Below are positions 51,064 through 64,000 of a stretch of 64,000 bases of DNA, one piece after another. The stretch is from positions 47,554,001-47,618,000 of the forward strand of contig OZ024750.1 in NCBI GenBank assembly GCA_964016885.1, in the 5' to 3' direction. The notes below the pieces were generated by a model. That model did no database searches. It saw only the letters and a program-made list of their open reading frames with translations, and was not told the DNA's origin. A program made the position numbers and the translations under genes. This DNA is from Eledone cirrhosa (Eukaryota). Each line of letters begins with the position of its first letter. The first letter of the stretch is position 1.

Positions 51064-51728
51064 TTGCTCGTACCAACGTGAGGTATATGATTTTTAATGC
51101 TATGAAATACCAATGATAGTTGGCAAATCACTGATGAGGGACTAATTTTATAATATGTAATCCATGTGCAACCATGCAGTATTCTTCTCCCCATATTTTT
51201 CATATATTTACCTAAACTGCGATTTTCTGTTTCTCTCTTTCTCTCTTACTGCTCCCCCGTTCTCTCTGTTTCTTTTACCTTCTTTCGTCCCCTCTGTCAG
51301 TTAACACTTTCTCACGACTGACCTCTTCCTCGCACTTCCACTCACTCTCTCTCTGTTTGTCCCTTCTCACTTTCTCCCGTTCGCTAGGAGTCGGCTCTTT
51401 CTTTCTCACATCCCATTCACAGCGAAAGGTCTGTTTGCTAAGCGCACATGAATTCACCCAGATTACACTGATCGAATAACCATGTTGCTTGTTTTCTTCC
51501 CATCTTCGGTTAGCCTTTCTTGGATGTTGTTTACTTGTCTCACTCGCTTTACGCGTTTCACTTGTCCCAATATCTTATTTTAGTTATTGCTCGCACCAAC
51601 GTGAGGTATATGATGTTTAATGCGATGAAATACCAATGATCGTTGGCAAATCGCTGATGAGGGACTAATTTTATAATATGTAATCCATGCGCAACCATGC
51701 AGTACTCTTCTCCCCATATTGTTCATAT
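51064..51728. repeat. Direct duplication of about 145 bp (51064-51207 and 51586-51728)
   Basis: ATTGCTCG(T/C)ACCAACGTGAGGTATATGA...CTTCTCCCCATATT(T/G)TTCATAT occurs twice. Confidence 0.85.
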
Positions 51729-51729
51729 A

Positions 51730-51779
<50 letters not shown>

Positions 51780-53021
51780 ACAACAACACCAGCTCTCTTT
51801 CTTCCCTTCTCCTTCTCTGTCTCCCTCTCGCTCTCTGTATGTCTCCCTTTCAATCTACTCTCTCACAACCACCATCACTTCCTCTGTAACTTCTTCTCTT
51901 TATTTATTAAGGTACTCGGAAAAAAACTCGTATTTCGGAAACTCGTGCACCGATTTACGCCAAACATGTTTTATTCCAGTCAGGGTGAACTTCCTTCTAA
52001 ATATCTTCCCATTATGCGCTTTTTTGACTGTATTACATTACAGGCAAGCAAGCAATCACAGACGTTTTGTAATATATAAATATACTAAGACTTTATACCA
52101 TGTTTAATTGCATATATAACAACATAATAAACGAAATCAAATCTATTTAATGACAAATAGCTGAAAGTAACGAAATGAAAATGTTGCCTATAATTTGAGG
52201 AGATATATTGTTATTAAATAGTAGATGAAAAACCAATTCAGTGTCTGCTCACTCACACAACCTCACCCTCATTGTATATACCTCGCCCACACTCACTCTA
52301 CCTCACACTCACTCGATATACCTTGCACTCACTCGCTGTAACTCCCCATATTTCCATACGAGCCTGGAAACCTTTACACCACATACAACCGTTTTAAGAC
52401 AGAAAACTCTTTATGTATTAAAATAATCCAAACTACATATAAACCAGTCATATGTATTATATTTAATAATTAACTACTTTAAATAAACACGTATATTACG
52501 GGTTATAAAATTACTGTATAACCATTTGTTTATTTCCATAGTTATTTGTTGTTTTATCAAATATATTAGTTTTGTTGCATACAATAATTACGGCGCTACA
52601 TATATTAGTTTTATTGTCCATATTGGTTTCATGGAGTATTTATTAATTAACGTTCATATAATCTTAATGCTTCAGCCATTTATATGTAAAGAAAGAAATA
52701 TCAACAAAACCGAATGAATATTATCAAATTGTGCGGAAAATGATGGATGTCGGATATATTGCAGTGGCGCTACAACCGGTGAGATGCACCGTTTAATCTA
52801 GGTTGTCTCAAACGTATGCTGAGTGAGAGGAGGCACCCAATTCACACTGATGTTAGAGCATTAGGTTCAAAATGGCATGCCATTTCTTCAGGCTTACTGA
52901 TTTATGAATTTAAATAACTTCGTGGTTAAGGTTTTCTTTTGTTTTTTTTTCATAATCTCGAGGTATGTAGTGTCAACCCAAATCTTGAATACATTTTTCC
53001 TATATTTCTCTTTATTACATA

Positions 53022-53100
<79 letters not shown>

Positions 53101-53103
<3 letters not shown>

Positions 53104-53311
53104 CGAAGGAAAAGTGGTAAGGAACCAGGTGAACCATAACGCACCAAAGTACTCAATACTTAGGGTAGTAGAGTGGGTAATAGGAGTAAGTAAGACCCCG
53201 ACGGCTGAGCTCAAGCCGTTTCGACGGCTAATTCTGTACTGAATCTATTCAGTACAGAATTAGCCGTCGAAACGGGTTGAGCTCAGCCGTCGGGGTCTTA
53301 CTTACTCCTAT
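53101..53311 (-). mobile_element. 132-bp palindrome 53180-53311 plus tail 53101-53179, between (TA)n tracts
   Basis: Arms complementary with one mismatch and a 2-nt CT loop; CCGTC-GAAAC-GG(G/C)TT resembles the 3' half of a hammerhead. Confidence 0.88.
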
Positions 53312-53363
53312 ATATATATATATATATATATCTCACTCTCTATCTCTTTCTCTCTCTCTCTCA

Positions 53364-53434
<71 letters not shown>

Positions 53435-54773
53435 ATATATAGATAGATATTTATCTCTCTCTCTGTTTCTCTCTCTCTTTAACTCTCTCTTTATCTCTCT
53501 TTCTCTCTCCCAGGAAGAAATCATATGTACAGACCCCACTAAGAGTTATTCTTCCTTTATTCCATTGTCCCCGTAAGGCAAAGCTAACCTCAGCGGGATA
53601 TGAAATCAGAACATAAATGGCTGAAACTTTATGCCGCACTGCATGTTGACCGATGAAGTACCGGTAGAGCCAATCCATCACCCTCCGCACACTCAATAAA
53701 GCTACTGACGATTTAGTAAATATTGCTTCTTTCATCATAGTAGGGTTCGATAGAATTTCACAAACGATATTCATTTGAATTTTACCGATGGCTTCTCACA
53801 TGAAAATTTTGGCAGAAGTAGCATAGTTGTATTTCCCATTGCAACATTTATTCAGTAGTGTCATCAGGCACATCCAATATTCTGAACCCAAATCGTTTGA
53901 TGTCAGATATCTGCGGAACCGTTATATCTCCAATATTTGTCAATGAATTAACCACAAGCCATACGTTCCATATGCTGGATTAGACATAAACGTAACATCC
54001 AAAGTTATGTAGAACTCAGTTTTTCTTCATCATTCTAATTAGAAATTGGTTTTGGTCAATGATTTATCTACATCAAAGCAAGACTATTTCGCCATCGCTA
54101 GTTGCGGATTTCCTATAGAGAAATAAGACCTTAGCTAAAGTAGTTGAAGATAAACTGTAGCATTTATTAACATACTATTTAGTTGATAGAACTTTGATTT
54201 TCTACGACAGGATATTTAGTGTTAGGTTTAGATGCTGCTAATATTATAAGATAGCAATTTGGGGAATCTCCATTAGCAAAGCTGATATAACAATTCCAGA
54301 AAGTTATTTAAACTAGAATATTTGTCAACACAATGATGCCTATTTGTATATGTGTGTGCGTGTGTGTTTGTGCATATGCCTATATTTATGTGTATGAGTA
54401 TATACACATAAACGCGTAAACACTGACACACTTACAAAAATAAACACACACAGACATATATTCACACAAATACAGATACATTCACACAAATACAGATACA
54501 TTCACACAAACACGCATATACATTCACGCAAACACACGCACACACACACACACATCTTTACACATACACTCACATACAGTTTAGCAAATATAAGGCCAAC
54601 TGTTGTTTTGCAATAGTTCTTTCAATGTCAGATTATTTCTGATTACACATACGTCCATTCCCACAAACACATACGCACATTGTGTGAAGCACGTCAGTCG
54701 TTCAATTTATATGCAGATGATACAAACAAGTGTAGTGAAGGTTAGACACTGTTTTATGTTTCATTTGACTTTC

Positions 54774-54990
54774 AACTCTAGTGTATGCTGTCATCACTCG
54801 TTCGATCCTTAGTCATCTGTAGTGCGTGATGTCATCACCCATTCCTTCCTCGATCATCTCTAATGCATGACATCATAATCCATTCATTCCTTAGCCATCT
54901 CTAGTGTGTAACATCATAACTCCTTCGTTCCTCAATCATCGATAGTGTGTGACATAATCACCCCTTCTTTCCACAGTCATCTCTAGTGCA
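54774..54990. repeat. Minisatellite of about 41 bp, about 5 diverged units
   Basis: Recurring AGTCATCTCTAGTGTGTGACATCATCAC..TTCCT. Confidence 0.8.
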
Positions 54991-55200
54991 TTACCACGTA
55001 TATATACATTGTGTGACGGACGTATGGCAATAACATAAATTAATCTATAGATTGAATTAATTCCGTTTATCTTTTCATATTGGTATTAATTTATCGTGGG
55101 AGCGGAAACTATACTGGAAAAACAACGAAATGTCACTATAAAAGAATGCTGTTTATGTTGTCTAACTCTCATTAATATATATGCTTTGTTAATGGTATTC

Positions 55201-55388
55201 AAGTGATTGGCAGTATCGGTAGAGGGTCGGACGCCATGCTTTGCAGCAAAAAGTTACAGCAATTGATGGTCTGAGTTCAAATCCCGGCGAGGTTTACTTT
55301 GCCTTTCATCCTTACGGGGTCGATAAAATAAAGCACCAGTAATGCACTGGTTAATTTCTGGCCATGTGCCAAAATTTAGAAACAATTA
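55201..55388 (+). mobile_element. SINE family A
   Basis: A and B boxes and body. Confidence 0.88.
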
Positions 55389-56366
55389 TGTATTAAAGTA
55401 AAACACTAATTGTTTCTTTCTCATATCGACAGCATTTTGAAATATTCTCAAAACCTCATCATTATAATTTCAGTTCATATGCTTGTAATAAAATCTCAGG
55501 TCATATATATTTTAATATTTCAGTCCCAATATTTGTTTATCTAATTCTTCCTTACTATGTTTCTTGTTTGAGATTCGATTAGAATTTGATTGCCAAAGAG
55601 TTTTTTTTTATGTATATTTAAAGATAAACAGATATTCAAACTTGTTACTTTAATATTATTTATAAATATCACGAACCTACTTAATCAAGAAACTGAGGTA
55701 ATTTTCCGCAAACTGAAGTATTTCATTCAAATTAAGAATGTTCAGTATTACAATATTGTTAGGCACATTATTTTCACATTAGAATATTTGAAAGACATTA
55801 CATTTCAAGAAATTTGTTATTGTATGTTCGACTATTATATTGTTTAATATGCAGTTTTGTTTTTTAAAGCTTAATGCAAATATTTGGCTTATATGTTGTC
55901 AAGTATTAAAATATGAAGCATTCGAATAAAGAATAGAGAAATATATTTATTTGATAAATATCAGTTTATGAATGAATAATTTATGAACAAAAATGTTATC
56001 TCTCTCTCTCTTTTTGCCCCAACAAGATGTTTCCATAGATAGGCAACGAGTTCGCGAGAATTCCTATGCAGGTTATACTTGGAGTAAAAATAGTGAAAGA
56101 TTGAAGAGTAACATAGTAGCCTGTACAACAAGGGCCTTTAATTCAGGTATTAAGAACGCCTCAAGGAAGGAAACACAAATATGTATCAGCTAATTATGTC
56201 AACAACGCGGAAATCCAGATATGTGAGACACGCGTTCGCCTCATTTGCAAAACGCCACTTTATTCATCCTATTTTCATAAAATCGATTTGTTACTATTCT
56301 GTCCAGGAAACACATAATTATCTCTATTCCCCATCTATTTGTCTATTACGTCCTCCCTCTCTCAAC

Positions 56367-56477
<111 letters not shown>

Positions 56478-56497
56478 TCTCTCTCTCTCTCTGTCTC

Positions 56498-56615
<118 letters not shown>

Positions 56616-56740
56616 AAATATAATATGATTCCAGTTCCTCAGTGAAATAACAACCCAACCAGGAACTGGGCATATCACAGTATTGACAACATTATACACA
56701 TCAACAACATATGTACTTGTCTATACCACACTAATTCAGC

Positions 56741-56793
56741 CTGCCTGAAGAGGTCACAGCCAGAGATGGCTGTCACCGAAATATAGATAGCAG
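56741..56793 (+). ncRNA. Canonical type I hammerhead in a solo fragment between (TA)n tracts
   Basis: CTGC-CTGAAGA-GGTCACAGCC AGAGAT GGCTGTCACC-GAAA-TATAGAT-A-GCAG. Confidence 0.85.
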
Positions 56794-57119
56794 TAATAAA
56801 CGAAGCTACATTTTAAACATTTGACATTTATTTTACTTTATTTTACATTACTCCGCAGTAACCAAACCGTCGAGTGCTCCAGCCTGCATACTGAGGTGTT
56901 GGTATACAACCAACATATACTCAAAAACTCTCTCTATATATATATATGTATATATATATATACACACACACATAGTCACACATACACATACACACACACG
57001 TCTATAAATACATACACATGCGTGTATGTATTTATTTAAATTCTATTACCTCTTTATTGTATTTTATTTACTTTATTATTATCTCTGAAGCGGAGATTCA
57101 TTCGGTTTCCTTGTTAGAA

Positions 57120-57395
57120 TATTAGTCTACGACTTCAGTTATACCATTTACGTGGTTTTGTCTTTGCGTGCAATTGTTCTCCACGCTCCACATATGACGT
57201 ATTATCTTCGTCTTTTTTCCGTTCATTGCCAGAGAACGTATCTATGAACCACCTAAGAAAACATTAGTCGTCGACTTCGTTTATACCATAAACGTGGTTC
57301 TGTCTTTGCGTTTAATTGTTCTTCATATCTCCTATTAATGACGTATTATATTCGTTTTTTCCCGTTCTTTGACAGGGAACGTTTCCACGAACCAA
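57120..57395. repeat. Tandem duplication of about 142 bp
   Basis: ATTAGTC..CGACTTC..GTTATACCAT..ACGTGGTT..GTCTTTGCG...GAACCA occurs twice. Confidence 0.8.
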
Positions 57396-57539
57396 AGTAT
57401 CGTATTCCTGTCTTCTTCCGGTTGCAACGTTTTTTGAAATATCGACTACTGCGTTTACATATTGACTTTGTCAGTTTCAGAATATCCCGTTAAGGGTGAA
57501 AGCAGCGATTCTTTGCTTAAACTTTAATCTGTTATTTTA

Positions 57540-57593
<54 letters not shown>

Positions 57594-57596
<3 letters not shown>

Positions 57597-58913
57597 ATTA
57601 ACAAACGGAAACTATATTTATAAAACCAGATTTATTTCATTATACATATTTCAAGGACACCAAGTTAAATTATGGTGTGCTTTCAGATAAAATATAATAT
57701 ATATCAGTTTTATAAATATTGACATACCCTTAAAGAATGCAACCATTACTGTTGGAAGCTCCCGGATAGTGGAGTTGTAGCTTTAATTATATTATTAGTG
57801 TTGGATATATTTTGTTTAAAATAAGCTGTTGGTTTACAGAGAAAGAGAAAGATAGAGAAGAGAAGAAAGAGAAAGACTAAAACAGCAGAGAGAAACAGAT
57901 GGAGAAAGAGAGGAGACAGAGACAGAGAGAGAGAACGAAAAACTCTAAGTCATATCTTGTTGAGTTAACTTAACAATTGAGATGAAATGAATAAATAAAA
58001 TTAGAAATGTTAATAATCATGAATGGAATATACATATATAATATGAGAAATGTAACCATTGTTTAAATATATAACATAAAATTTCCTTTAATATCTTAAC
58101 AATTATAACATTTTATAAGATTCCTATATCTTAAATAAAATAAAATAAAATAATCCTTTATGTTTTGTGTGTATATATTATATACATAGTTAGATATGTA
58201 TATGTATTTTATAAGTGTGTATATATATTTATATGTATGTATTTTTGCGTGTGTATACGTGTTAATAATATATGGATTTCTTAATATATACATCCCAATT
58301 TCTAATATATTGATCTCAATATTTAACTGATTAACTAAACATCTAATCATATTTAAACAATGGTTAACTTTCTCATAGTATATATGTATGTTCCATTCAT
58401 GATTATGAACATTTCTAATTTTATTTATTCATTTCATCTCAATTGTTAAGTTAACTCAACAAGATATGACTTAGAGTTTTTCCTTCTCTCTCTTTTTCTC
58501 TGTCTCATCTCTCTCCCTATCGTTTTCTTTTTGTTGTTCTGGTCTTTCTCTCTCTTCCCTTCTCTATTTTTCTCTTTCTCCGTATGCCAACGGCTTATTT
58601 TAAAAATAAAAATATCCAATACTAATAATATAATTAAAGCTACAACTCCGGGAGCTTCCAACAGTAATGGTTGCATTATTTAAGGGTATGTCAATATTTA
58701 TGTATAAACCTGATCTATATCATATTTTATCTGATGAAAGCACAGCATAATTTAACTTGGTGTCCTTGAAATATGTATAATGTAATAAATATGGTTTTAT
58801 AAATGTAGTTTCCATATGTTAATATCGTATTTTTACTCCAAATATGTGTTGAGTGCTTTATATCAGTTATAACAATATTTGCTTGTTGTATGCCAACAAT
58901 TTAATAGAACTTT

Positions 58914-58915
<2 letters not shown>
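57594..58915 (+). mobile_element. Large fold-back cassette: arms 57594-58070 and 58349-58826, spacer about 280 bp, tail to 58915
   Basis: Complementary arms of about 477 bp; hammerhead at 58722-58788 (+); the mirror copy lacks 3 nt of the core. Confidence 0.88.
58722..58788 (+). ncRNA. Type I hammerhead
   Basis: ATATTTTAT-CTGATGA-AAGCAC..TGGTGTCCTT-GAAA-TATGTAT-A-ATG(T)AAT. Confidence 0.72.
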
Positions 58916-58973
<58 letters not shown>

Positions 58974-58974
58974 T

Positions 58975-59161
58975 ATAATTGTTTCTATTTTAGGCACAAG
59001 CCAGCCATTCCCCAGTACATTACTGGTACTTTATTTTTCGACCCCGTAAGGATGAAAGGCAAAGTTAACCTCGGCGGGATTTGAAATCATATCATAAAGG
59101 GACGTAACTGTATGTTTCAAAGCATGTTGTCCGACTCTCTACCGATACTGCAAATCCACGC
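58975..59161 (-). mobile_element. SINE family A
   Basis: Near-full copy adjoining (TA)n. Confidence 0.88.
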
Positions 59162-59716
59162 TGTTAAACTAGCCAAATTGTATCAATGACAGCGATGGGT
59201 AGAGATGCCTAATAGGCCAGAGACCAGCGGGCAGTGTTTTGCCGAGAAACAGTCCAAGGGTAGCTAGAAGATGGATAAAATGTAGAGAAATCGGAGGACA
59301 AAGAAGGTTTGTGTTGACGTACAGAAGTGACTAGAAGAAGGAAAGAAAGAAAGGCGATGTACGATTCAACTACTCACACATTTTAACTATCATCATCTGT
59401 CAGACCAGCAGTATGGTTTTGCCCGATTCAGTCTACAATTATAAAACGCTGGACCTTCAATAAAAACATACATCTCTCTTTTCGTATGATTTCTGTGTGT
59501 GTGATAATACAAACGCAATAAATCGGTAGTTTGCCGGAACAGAGAAAGAGAAATTCGTCCTATGGATACCAAGTTATCGACTGTTAGTTCTGCCAATTGA
59601 ACAGAACAGATATATGTGCAGTTAACGAATGAGAATGAGAAAATAATCCAATGTCTCACATTAACTACTCGATAGAAGCTACGAAAAATAGTGTTCTGAA
59701 GTCTAACGCCTCTCTC

Positions 59717-59803
<87 letters not shown>

Positions 59804-59854
59804 CTCACTCTCTCACACCCTCTCTCTCTCTCTCTTTCTCTATCTCTCTCTCTA

Positions 59855-59930
<76 letters not shown>

Positions 59931-59939
<9 letters not shown>

Positions 59940-60166
59940 GTTGAGAAGGTAACACACCAGAGAGAGAGATATAGTGCGTTATCAATAATACAGGGAAAAA
60001 AGCCACCAGTGTTTTTTTCCCTGTATTATTGATAACGCACTATATATCTCTCTCTGGTGTGTTATCTTCTCAACATATTATATTTTAAAGGGCTCAGGAT
60101 CTCTTCCCCTTTGAGCACATTATTTACAGGGAATAACGACGGGTCTATGCCTCCGTTAATTTATCG

Positions 60167-60168
<2 letters not shown>
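59931..60168 (+). mobile_element. Fold-back cassette (inverted repeat 59931-60083, tail to 60168)
   Basis: Near-perfect arms of about 72 bp, short loop, TA on both sides; no hammerhead seen. Confidence 0.85.
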
Positions 60169-60223
<55 letters not shown>

Positions 60224-60265
60224 AATAACAGGAGGCTGGAATGTAATTACTTAAAGTTTTATTAC

Positions 60266-60322
60266 AATATACGCATTTCAATGACCGCGTTCAGTATGTA
60301 TCCGGTGATATCATCAGGTATT
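60266..60322 (-). ncRNA. Hammerhead-like motif
   Basis: AATAC-CTGATGA-TATCACCG..CGGTCATT-GAAA-TGCG-TA-TATT; stem I imperfect. Confidence 0.6.
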
Positions 60323-60390
60323 CGAAATTTAACAAAGGAATATAATCCATGGGGCTGAAAAGGCAGAGAGACAAGACGGCGGCCATACAT

Positions 60391-60438
60391 TTAGCAGATT
60401 CTAGTTCGGCAGATTCTAGTTTAGCAGATTCTAGTTCG
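60391..60438. repeat. 15-bp tandem repeat, 3 copies
   Basis: T(TA/CG)GCAGATTCTAGT. Confidence 0.85.
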
Positions 60439-60831
60439 CATCCATCAACTGGGGGGGTTTTCCGACCTTTCCTTGACATCCACTATTCCGCGCGCACGTG
60501 CGATCTGCATAATACCCCAGTTAGTCACAAACACCGTACCGTTCCTCTCCGGCAGATAAATTACAATAAAAAAAACACAGTTGGTGGATGCAAATCCGAA
60601 ATATAGGGACAATCTAATCTCTCCCAAGGTAACTCTATCTTGTGTTATTATTTTTTGCGGTATTTCCTCTACAAACTATATATCTCATTCTATATTTCAT
60701 TACAACTCTCTCTTCACCAACAGATCCTGTTACACGGAGACTTTCCCATCTGCATTGTTGAGGCTTCCAAAGCGACCAGATAGATCTCACTATTCCACAA
60801 TGCTTCAAGCAAACTTCAATACACTCTTATA

Positions 60832-60865
<34 letters not shown>

Positions 60866-61170
60866 TATAAATCCTTGTGAAATATATATACATATCTTCA
60901 TACACACACGCACGCGCATAAATAATATCTATCTCTATGTATTATATATACAAGACATACATATTCTATATATTTGCTATAATTGAATGTCAAACGCTCC
61001 GTATCATTTTCGTCTGCAAAGCTACATCAATAGATTTAAGCCGGCTTACGTTATGTATCAGCGGATTAGATGGTTGGCATCTTGGGATATGGAAGTCGTT
61101 TGGCGGAGAGGATAAAAAAAACACATGGCACATATGGCAATCATTGCATTTGAGATATACATGCTTATAT

Positions 61171-61215
<45 letters not shown>

Positions 61216-61273
61216 TATATATATATAGTGAGCGAGAGAGAGATGTGTGTGAGCGTATACATATATAAAAATA

Positions 61274-61309
<36 letters not shown>

Positions 61310-62891
61310 TATATATATGATAGATAGATAGATAGATAGATATATAGATATGGATGCAGATATATATATATAGACACGTTGGCTGAGTGGTTCTGACATG
61401 AACTAAAAGTTTGATTCTTTTTAGCGTCCCATCGCTCACTGATTTACACAATTTGTAAATCAGTGACTAGTTGAGAGATAGAGTCCTATCGGTTGTCAGT
61501 TGCTAATCGCTTTACCGTGTCGGTTGTCACAAACAGTCATGACCAGGCATGGGCCGGTGTTTGAATTATGTCGGTTGATTGGTTATTTATTAGGCGATAC
61601 CCGCTGATGAAGCCACATAAGCCGATTGTGCATTGTTGCATAATATATGCAGACAAATGCACCTTACTCTTGCGGCAGAAACTCGAGTCCGGGAACCTTA
61701 TAGGCATATATATATATATATCAACTACAGGATATTGTGCTGTGATTTCAATGAATTTGCCCTGTTTATAACAAACTCCAGTTCCTCCAAGATTTGTTGT
61801 GTGATTTACTGCCATTTGGCTGCTATTCAGTGAGGTTTGGCACAGATGACTACATAAGCTCAACCACTTTTATCTCGATAGACGTTTCACCTTGAACTCC
61901 CTCAGTAGCGATGGAACTACAAACCATATTATCGCTGGAAATGAAATGTTCAAGTGTAGCGAATTATGTTTACTACAAAACAGCACCGAGGAGATGACAA
62001 CGCCATTTCTCTATATATCGCCTGAAAATTCTAATTTATTCGTCTGTTCGACTATGGGACACATACGCTATTTCCATAATTTTAACTATGTGAAGGGCAT
62101 CCCTCTTCAGGTCAGAATACAGCCCATGCTGGTTTTAGTTATTGGAGGTGAGAGAATAACTATAAATGGTTGTATTTGAAAAATCTAATTTTGAACCATA
62201 TTTCATTTGTTGACTTGTAAAGTTTGAAAGACGAAAGACTTTCTGTGAGATTTGAATTCAGAACACAGCGAAGTGAACAAGGGATGTACATAATTCTATC
62301 TGAAGACATAACAACGCAGGTACTTTAATTCTGAATGTAAATATATAAGAGATGACTGTAGCTCATTTTGTTTCTTGTAATTTCGGCAAACCATATCTTA
62401 AAATTGATAATTGTGCCTAACAGGTGCACAATGTCATACATGTTAGTAAAAGGTTTGCCAATTAACATTATCTCATTTCTTGATTGGTAGAGAGCATGGA
62501 AAGATAAATAATAATGGTATACTTAGTGATGCGTTAACTTAGAATGTTATGAATGACAATAACTCCTCGGTATGCATATGGCTTGTCAGATCTCTAAATA
62601 AATATGAAGGCAAAAATCATTGTCGAGCTATAGCCTGTCACTAGCAAATATAGTGTAAGTTAGCATGTAGCAGGCATAACAGCATCCTCGATGGAAGAAC
62701 ATGGGAAGCCAAACGAGATCTGCAAAATTAAATTGATTTCGCTTTTCGACTAAAAGTGTTTATGATAATGAAATACATGTCAACGTTTGTACAATGTTAG
62801 TGAAATATACTCAGTTCTGCAAGGAGACTGGTAGCTTTGCTATGATAAGAGGAGAGAGAGAGAGGGAGAGAGAGAGAGAGAGAGAGACAGA

Positions 62892-63019
<128 letters not shown>

Positions 63020-63479
63020 CAGAGAGAGAGAAAATAGCAATCATATGATACTTCATATGATAGAATATTATGAGAAAGGATTTCTTAAATTCGGACATTT
63101 TGTTATAATGTAAAACATATGTGTTAACCAGGAGTACTCAATGCATGTGTACCATTATATATATATTTGAATGTGAAAGCATCTCCCTGTTTATGTCAAG
63201 GCATCTAAATTATTGTCGGAAAAATACAAATTCGTGGTGTATTTTCAAGATAATAAATATAACGATGATGATATATTGTTTTATCATAAGATCTTAAGAC
63301 TTTCAGAAGATATAATGATAATGATAAAGATGGTACTATTATCAAATAATAATAGTAATTATTATTATATTCGTATATTGTTTTGTGTTTCAACAATCCG
63401 ACTACAAATCTCAACCAGAGATGTTGGAGACAACAAATTATACGTTTGTTTTTTGTTGTTTTTTGACATTATGAATAGG

Positions 63480-63548
63480 AATAAGGATAAGTTAATAACT
63501 TTTAATAGGATAAGTTGATAACTTTTAATAGGATAAGTTGATAACTTT
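63480..63548. repeat. 22-bp tandem repeat, about 3 copies
   Basis: AATAGGATAAGTTGATAACTTT. Confidence 0.8.
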
Positions 63549-63686
63549 GAGGTTTTGCGGAAGTATGTAATTCGATAATAGAGGTTTGTGCTTTAACTCT
63601 TTGCCTTGTGTTCGTAAGAAATATTGCTTTAGAAAATATATGCCTAAAAATAATATCACCAGTTGTTGTTTGACGTTATTTCCCTT

Positions 63687-63703
63687 ACTACTACTACTAC
63701 TAT

Positions 63704-63759
<56 letters not shown>

Positions 63760-64000
63760 ATATTACTACTACTACTAGTACTACTACTACTACTACTACT
63801 GCTGCTGCTACTGCTACTACCACTACCACTACTGCTGCTGCTGCTGCTACTGCTACTACTACTACTACTAGTACTACCACTACTACTACTACTGCTGCTG
63901 CTGCTACTACTACTACTACTACTACTACTATTACTACTACTACTACTACTACTACTAATACTACTACTACTACTCATGTTGTTGCTACTGCTACTACTAC
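63687..64000. repeat. (CTA)n/(CTG)n trinucleotide array
   Basis: Seen directly; source of the poly-S and poly-V ORFs. Confidence 0.95.

Noticed and set aside
54774-54990. CRISPR-like periodic array
   Set aside because: Whole units are homologous, with no unique spacers and no cas genes, in a eukaryotic context; it is a minisatellite.

Overview
AT-rich animal genomic DNA, probably from an octopod cephalopod (inferred from the SINE types and dense (TA)n/(CA)n/(GA)n tracts). Nearly all ORFs in the track are microsatellite artefacts. Supported content: (1) a probable first coding exon of a kainate-type ionotropic glutamate receptor on the minus strand (26682-27130), which would make most of the window intron or 5' region; (2) two decayed Penelope-like retroelements (PLE; RT plus GIY-YIG) of different families; (3) about 15 tRNA-derived SINEs, several with clear target-site duplications (TSDs); (4) the main signal: at least 12 fold-back cassettes with the layout (TA)n - truncated inverted arm - axis - full arm - unpaired tail - (TA)n, plus solo fragments. 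These come from many unrelated families and together carry about 20 intact or decayed type I hammerhead ribozyme motifs with palindromic stem III. Variant cores recur: a compensatory U3-A8 pair, C4, and a U.U pair closing stem II. The larger PLE has the same layout and ribozyme, which links the cassettes to PLE pseudo-LTRs that insert into (TA)n. All structures were read by eye; no folding, alignment or database search was run.
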